Both the position numbers and the translations under genes were made by a program. Shown one piece after another: positions 61,202 to 64,000 of a stretch of 64,000 nt of DNA. Within the stretch, counting starts at the first letter, position 1. Every line of letters starts with the position of its first letter. A model generated the notes under the pieces. That model was not told where the DNA came from. It made no database searches and worked only from the letters and a program-made list of their open reading frames with translations. The DNA is taken from the NCBI GenBank assembly GCA_000991405.1, contig LBRL01000001.1:527989-591988 (forward strand), in the 5' to 3' direction. The stretch comes from Candidatus Nomurabacteria bacterium GW2011_GWD2_36_14. Its GTDB lineage: Bacteria; Patescibacteriota; Minisyncoccia; Phycocordibacterales; UBA9973.

Positions 61202-62902
61202 TTATTCCTCACTCATATCTACCACTCCTGCGACTTCGTCGTAGTCTGTGATACCTTTCAATATTTTCACTAGGCCATCTTCGGCCATGGTGAGAGAGAC
61301 TTGATTGCGAGCGACTGCCTTGATCTCTCTTTCGCTTGGATTCTTGGTAATTATTTCTTCTATTTTCTCATCATTATAAATAGCTTCAAAGATACCTATT
61401 TGTCCTTTGTATCCAGTATTGTTGCATTCTAGGCATCCGACGGGAGTATAAATTTTAAATGGACTACCTGTATCAATATCATAGTCTGCCCAATTTTTGC
61501 CATGCGTTTCTGCATCTTTTATTATTTTATTTATTATAATTGATTCTTCATTACTGATTTCTTTTTCTTTTTTACAATGAACACAAAGTCTGCGTACTAG
61601 TCGCTGAGCTATAGATAAAGACAAAGCAGAGACTAGAATCTTGGGATTCACATCAAGATCAATAAGACGAGGAATAACTCCAGCGGCGTTGTTCGTATGT
61701 AAGGTGGAGAAGACTAGGTGACCCGTAAGAGCAGACTCGACGGCAATCTTGGCAGTCTCGCTATCGCGGATTTCTCCCACCATGATAACGTCGGGGTCCT
61801 GACGAAGAGAAGAACGCAAACCTTCGAGGAAGGTATAACCCTTCTCATCATCTGTCTGGGTCTGAGTAATGCCGGGGAGGTGATACTCGATAGGGTCTTC
61901 GATAGTTATAATCTTGATTTCTGTGGAGTAAATCTTTTGCAAGAAAGAGTAGAGGGTTGTCGTCTTACCGGATCCTGTAGGACCAGTTAGAAGGATCATA
62001 CCGTTGGGCTTCTTGATCTCTCGCATAAATACTTCATAGAGCTTAGGCTCAATACCCATGTCTTCGAGTTTAACCCTTATAGACTTTGGATTAAGAATTC
62101 TCATAACGATAGACTCGCCATAAGCTCCAGGAATAAGAGAAACACGAAGAGAGATTTCATCTTCGCCAAGATAAATACTGAAACGCCCGTCTTGAGCTAT
62201 AGAATTGGAAGTAATCTTCAGTCCAGAAATAAGCTTGATACGAGAATTTATAAATTTATGTGCAGCAGGAGGGATTTCCATAACTTCATGGAGGATACCA
62301 TCGAGACGGAAACGAAGACGGACAGTATTCTCCTCGGGTTCGAAGTGAAGGTCAGAAGCATTGATAGCAATAGCTCCAGCAAGAGCAACTTCGAGGATGT
62401 GGGAAGTGGTATGGATGTTGTCCTTCTCTATGGCAAGAATTGCTTGCTTGATATCTTCGATATTCTTAATACCTGCCATTATCTTTTTCAAAGATTCTCC
62501 AGAGATGGCGATGGTACCTGACTTAGACTCTTCAGCGAAAGATATTTCCTTGTATCTATCCCAAGCTTTCTCTAGGCTTGCAAGGGATGCCATGTAGAAA
62601 TGGGGGATATACTGACGATCCTCAAAATACTTTTTAAGATTTTCTAACTTGTCTGGCTGAGGAGAGCGAACAGCGACGTGAACGTCCTTGCCTAGAAGTT
62701 TAAAAGATGCGACTTCTAATTCTCTGGCCTCTTTCTCAACTATAAGACGAAGAGCATCGTTCTCTATAGGCATACCAGAGAGGTGAATAGGAGGCACACC
62801 ATAGCGAACTTCTGCGAGTGCATCTACCAAGTCTTCCTCTTCTTGCTTTCTTAGGTCTGTAAGATTTTTCTTTTGCTTATCATCATCAAATATTAGTGAC
62901 AT
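61202..62902 (-). CDS. pilB: GspE/PilB type IV pilus assembly ATPase
   Basis: ASDLHFEP, QDGRF, GPTGSGKTTTLY, EDPIEY, LRQDPD, TLHTN, two CxxC motifs. Confidence 0.92.
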   Translation of the reverse strand: MSLIFDDDKQKKNLTDLRKQEEEDLVDALAEVRYGVPPIHLSGMPIENDALRLIVEKEARELEVASFKLLGKDVHVAVRSPQPDKLENLKKYFEDRQYIPHFYMASLASLEKAWDRYKEISFAEESKSGTIAISGESLKKIMAGIKNIEDIKQAILAIEKDNIHTTSHILEVALAGAIAINASDLHFEPEENTVRLRFRLDGILHEVMEIPPAAHKFINSRIKLISGLKITSNSIAQDGRFSIYLGEDEISLRVSLIPGAYGESIVMRILNPKSIRVKLEDMGIEPKLYEVFMREIKKPNGMILLTGPTGSGKTTTLYSFLQKIYSTEIKIITIEDPIEYHLPGITQTQTDDEKGYTFLEGLRSSLRQDPDVIMVGEIRDSETAKIAVESALTGHLVFSTLHTNNAAGVIPRLIDLDVNPKILVSALSLSIAQRLVRRLCVHCKKEKEISNEESIIINKIIKDAETHGKNWADYDIDTGSPFKIYTPVGCLECNNTGYKGQIGIFEAIYNDEKIEEIITKNPSEREIKAVARNQVSLTMAEDGLVKILKGITDYDEVAGVVDMSEE

Positions 62903-63103
62903 ATGGATATATTATAGCTTATAAATCCTTTAATACCAATATCAATTTCCCCAAACGAGCTATAATAGAGGCCTTCTAGTGGGGTTGACAATTAGCCTTG
63001 TATATGCTATCATATAGACAAATGTTGAGATTAGTATTGTTTTATTTATTTCTCAGATTCTAGTGTCTGTGAGACAAATAAAACAATACTAAAGCTCAAA
63101 ACA

Positions 63104-64000
63104 ATGAAAAAAGTTATAGCATTTTTCGTAATCATTATGCTTGTAGCCAGTTTTGGCTCGCAGATGGTGTTTTCTCAACCGAAGAAAGAAAAAGTTTATG
63201 GGACCATCAATTATGATGGTTTCCACGCAGTACAAACTGGTGCTTTATGGTCAAAAAGACCAGAAGCTAAGGAAATTTTTGAAGGAAGAATTCCGAAAGG
63301 AATTCAAGAGATCAAAACATTTGAAGCGGATTATATACTTACCTTTGTTAAGGGTGAGCATAATTCACTAGATGGTAATTTTCTTATTTTTCCTGAAGGA
63401 GAAGTAATATACAAAAAAGAGGGTAGATGGTATTCCTCTCGTTGTGCAAACGAGCTCGCCTATTGGAGAAAACTAGATGAAGTTGAATTCGTAGAAAAGA
63501 CAGTTGAAGTTGAAAAACCTCAACCTGCTCCTGCACCAGCCCCTGTTCCTCCTGTTGAAATCAGAGATACTGTCGTTAGCACGACATATATCGAAGAAAA
63601 CAACATTGTAAGAAGTAATTACTACGAAGACGATATTTACTATCGTCCACCCATGCTAAGCTATTGGATAACACCAATTTTAGCAGGGGGCTATTACGGT
63701 CAATCACAAATGGTTGACCAACGGACTTATAATAACTATAGTTCACAGACAAATAATTATATTTGTGAACGTAGTAAAACAAGACCGGAACACCCCCAAC
63801 CAAAACCAGAAGCACCTCATGCCTCTGGGCCAGGAGGAAGAGGTGATGAAGGCAATCATTCTTCAGGACCAGGTGGTCGTGGAGATGGTGCAACAGATGA
63901 TGGAAATCACGCTGGAGGTCCTGGTGGAAATGGAAATGGCAATAACACCACTGGTCCTGGAGGCAGAAGTTCTATGAGTAGGAACTCCGGGAGAATTTCC
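63104..64000 (+). CDS. Secreted protein with Pro-rich linker and GPGG repeats (runs off the window; absent from the ORF track)
   Basis: Open frame from ATG 63104: MKKVIAFFVIIMLVASFGSQMVFSQ..RCANE..PQPAPAPAPVPP..GPGGRG; TTGACA-17-TATCAT promoter at 62985. Confidence 0.8.
   Translation, partial: MKKVIAFFVIIMLVASFGSQMVFSQPKKEKVYGTINYDGFHAVQTGALWSKRPEAKEIFEGRIPKGIQEIKTFEADYILTFVKGEHNSLDGNFLIFPEGEVIYKKEGRWYSSRCANELAYWRKLDEVEFVEKTVEVEKPQPAPAPAPVPPVEIRDTVVSTTYIEENNIVRSNYYEDDIYYRPPMLSYWITPILAGGYYGQSQMVDQRTYNNYSSQTNNYICERSKTRPEHPQPKPEAPHASGPGGRGDEGNHSSGPGGRGDGATDDGNHAGGPGGNGNGNNTTGPGGRSSMSRNSGRIS

Noticed and set aside
2380-62597. Numerous antisense ORFs over long genes (e.g. 2380-3018, 37732-38343, 55464-55952)
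   Set aside because: They lie opposite well-supported genes and have no recognisable motifs
63153-63977. Short ORFs 63153-63371, 63576-63893 and 63714-63977
   Set aside because: Shadows of the longer open frame starting at 63104

Overview
AT-rich bacterial chromosome segment with the gene content of Patescibacteria/CPR (Parcubacteria-like; inferred from protein families, standard genetic code). Housekeeping genes: tig, clpP, rny, hup, rpsO, pnp, comM, pcrA, rsmA, the jag-yidC-yidD-rnpA-rpmH / dnaA-dnaN origin block, tyrS, ruvBC and pilB. It also holds four tRNAs and a ~16 kb VirB4/PrgI/pilin T4SS-like locus. The unexplained signal is mostly non-coding. There are about nine parS-like sites inside coding sequence at 6-9 kb, and at least five families of short structured repeats with no transposase in the window: covarying ~120-nt hairpins, a ~138-bp MITE with 4-bp target duplications, REP-like doublets, in-frame hairpin insertions in core proteins, and AATTAAT heptamer arrays. 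Two small genes are bracketed by their own repeats: a four-helix-bundle gene inside 32-bp inverted heptamer arms, with 'empty' copies elsewhere, and a PaaX/Cas2-like gene between two ~40-bp palindromes. Several promoter-driven structured RNA candidates and many leaderless promoters are visible. All calls were made by eye; no database search or folding program was run.
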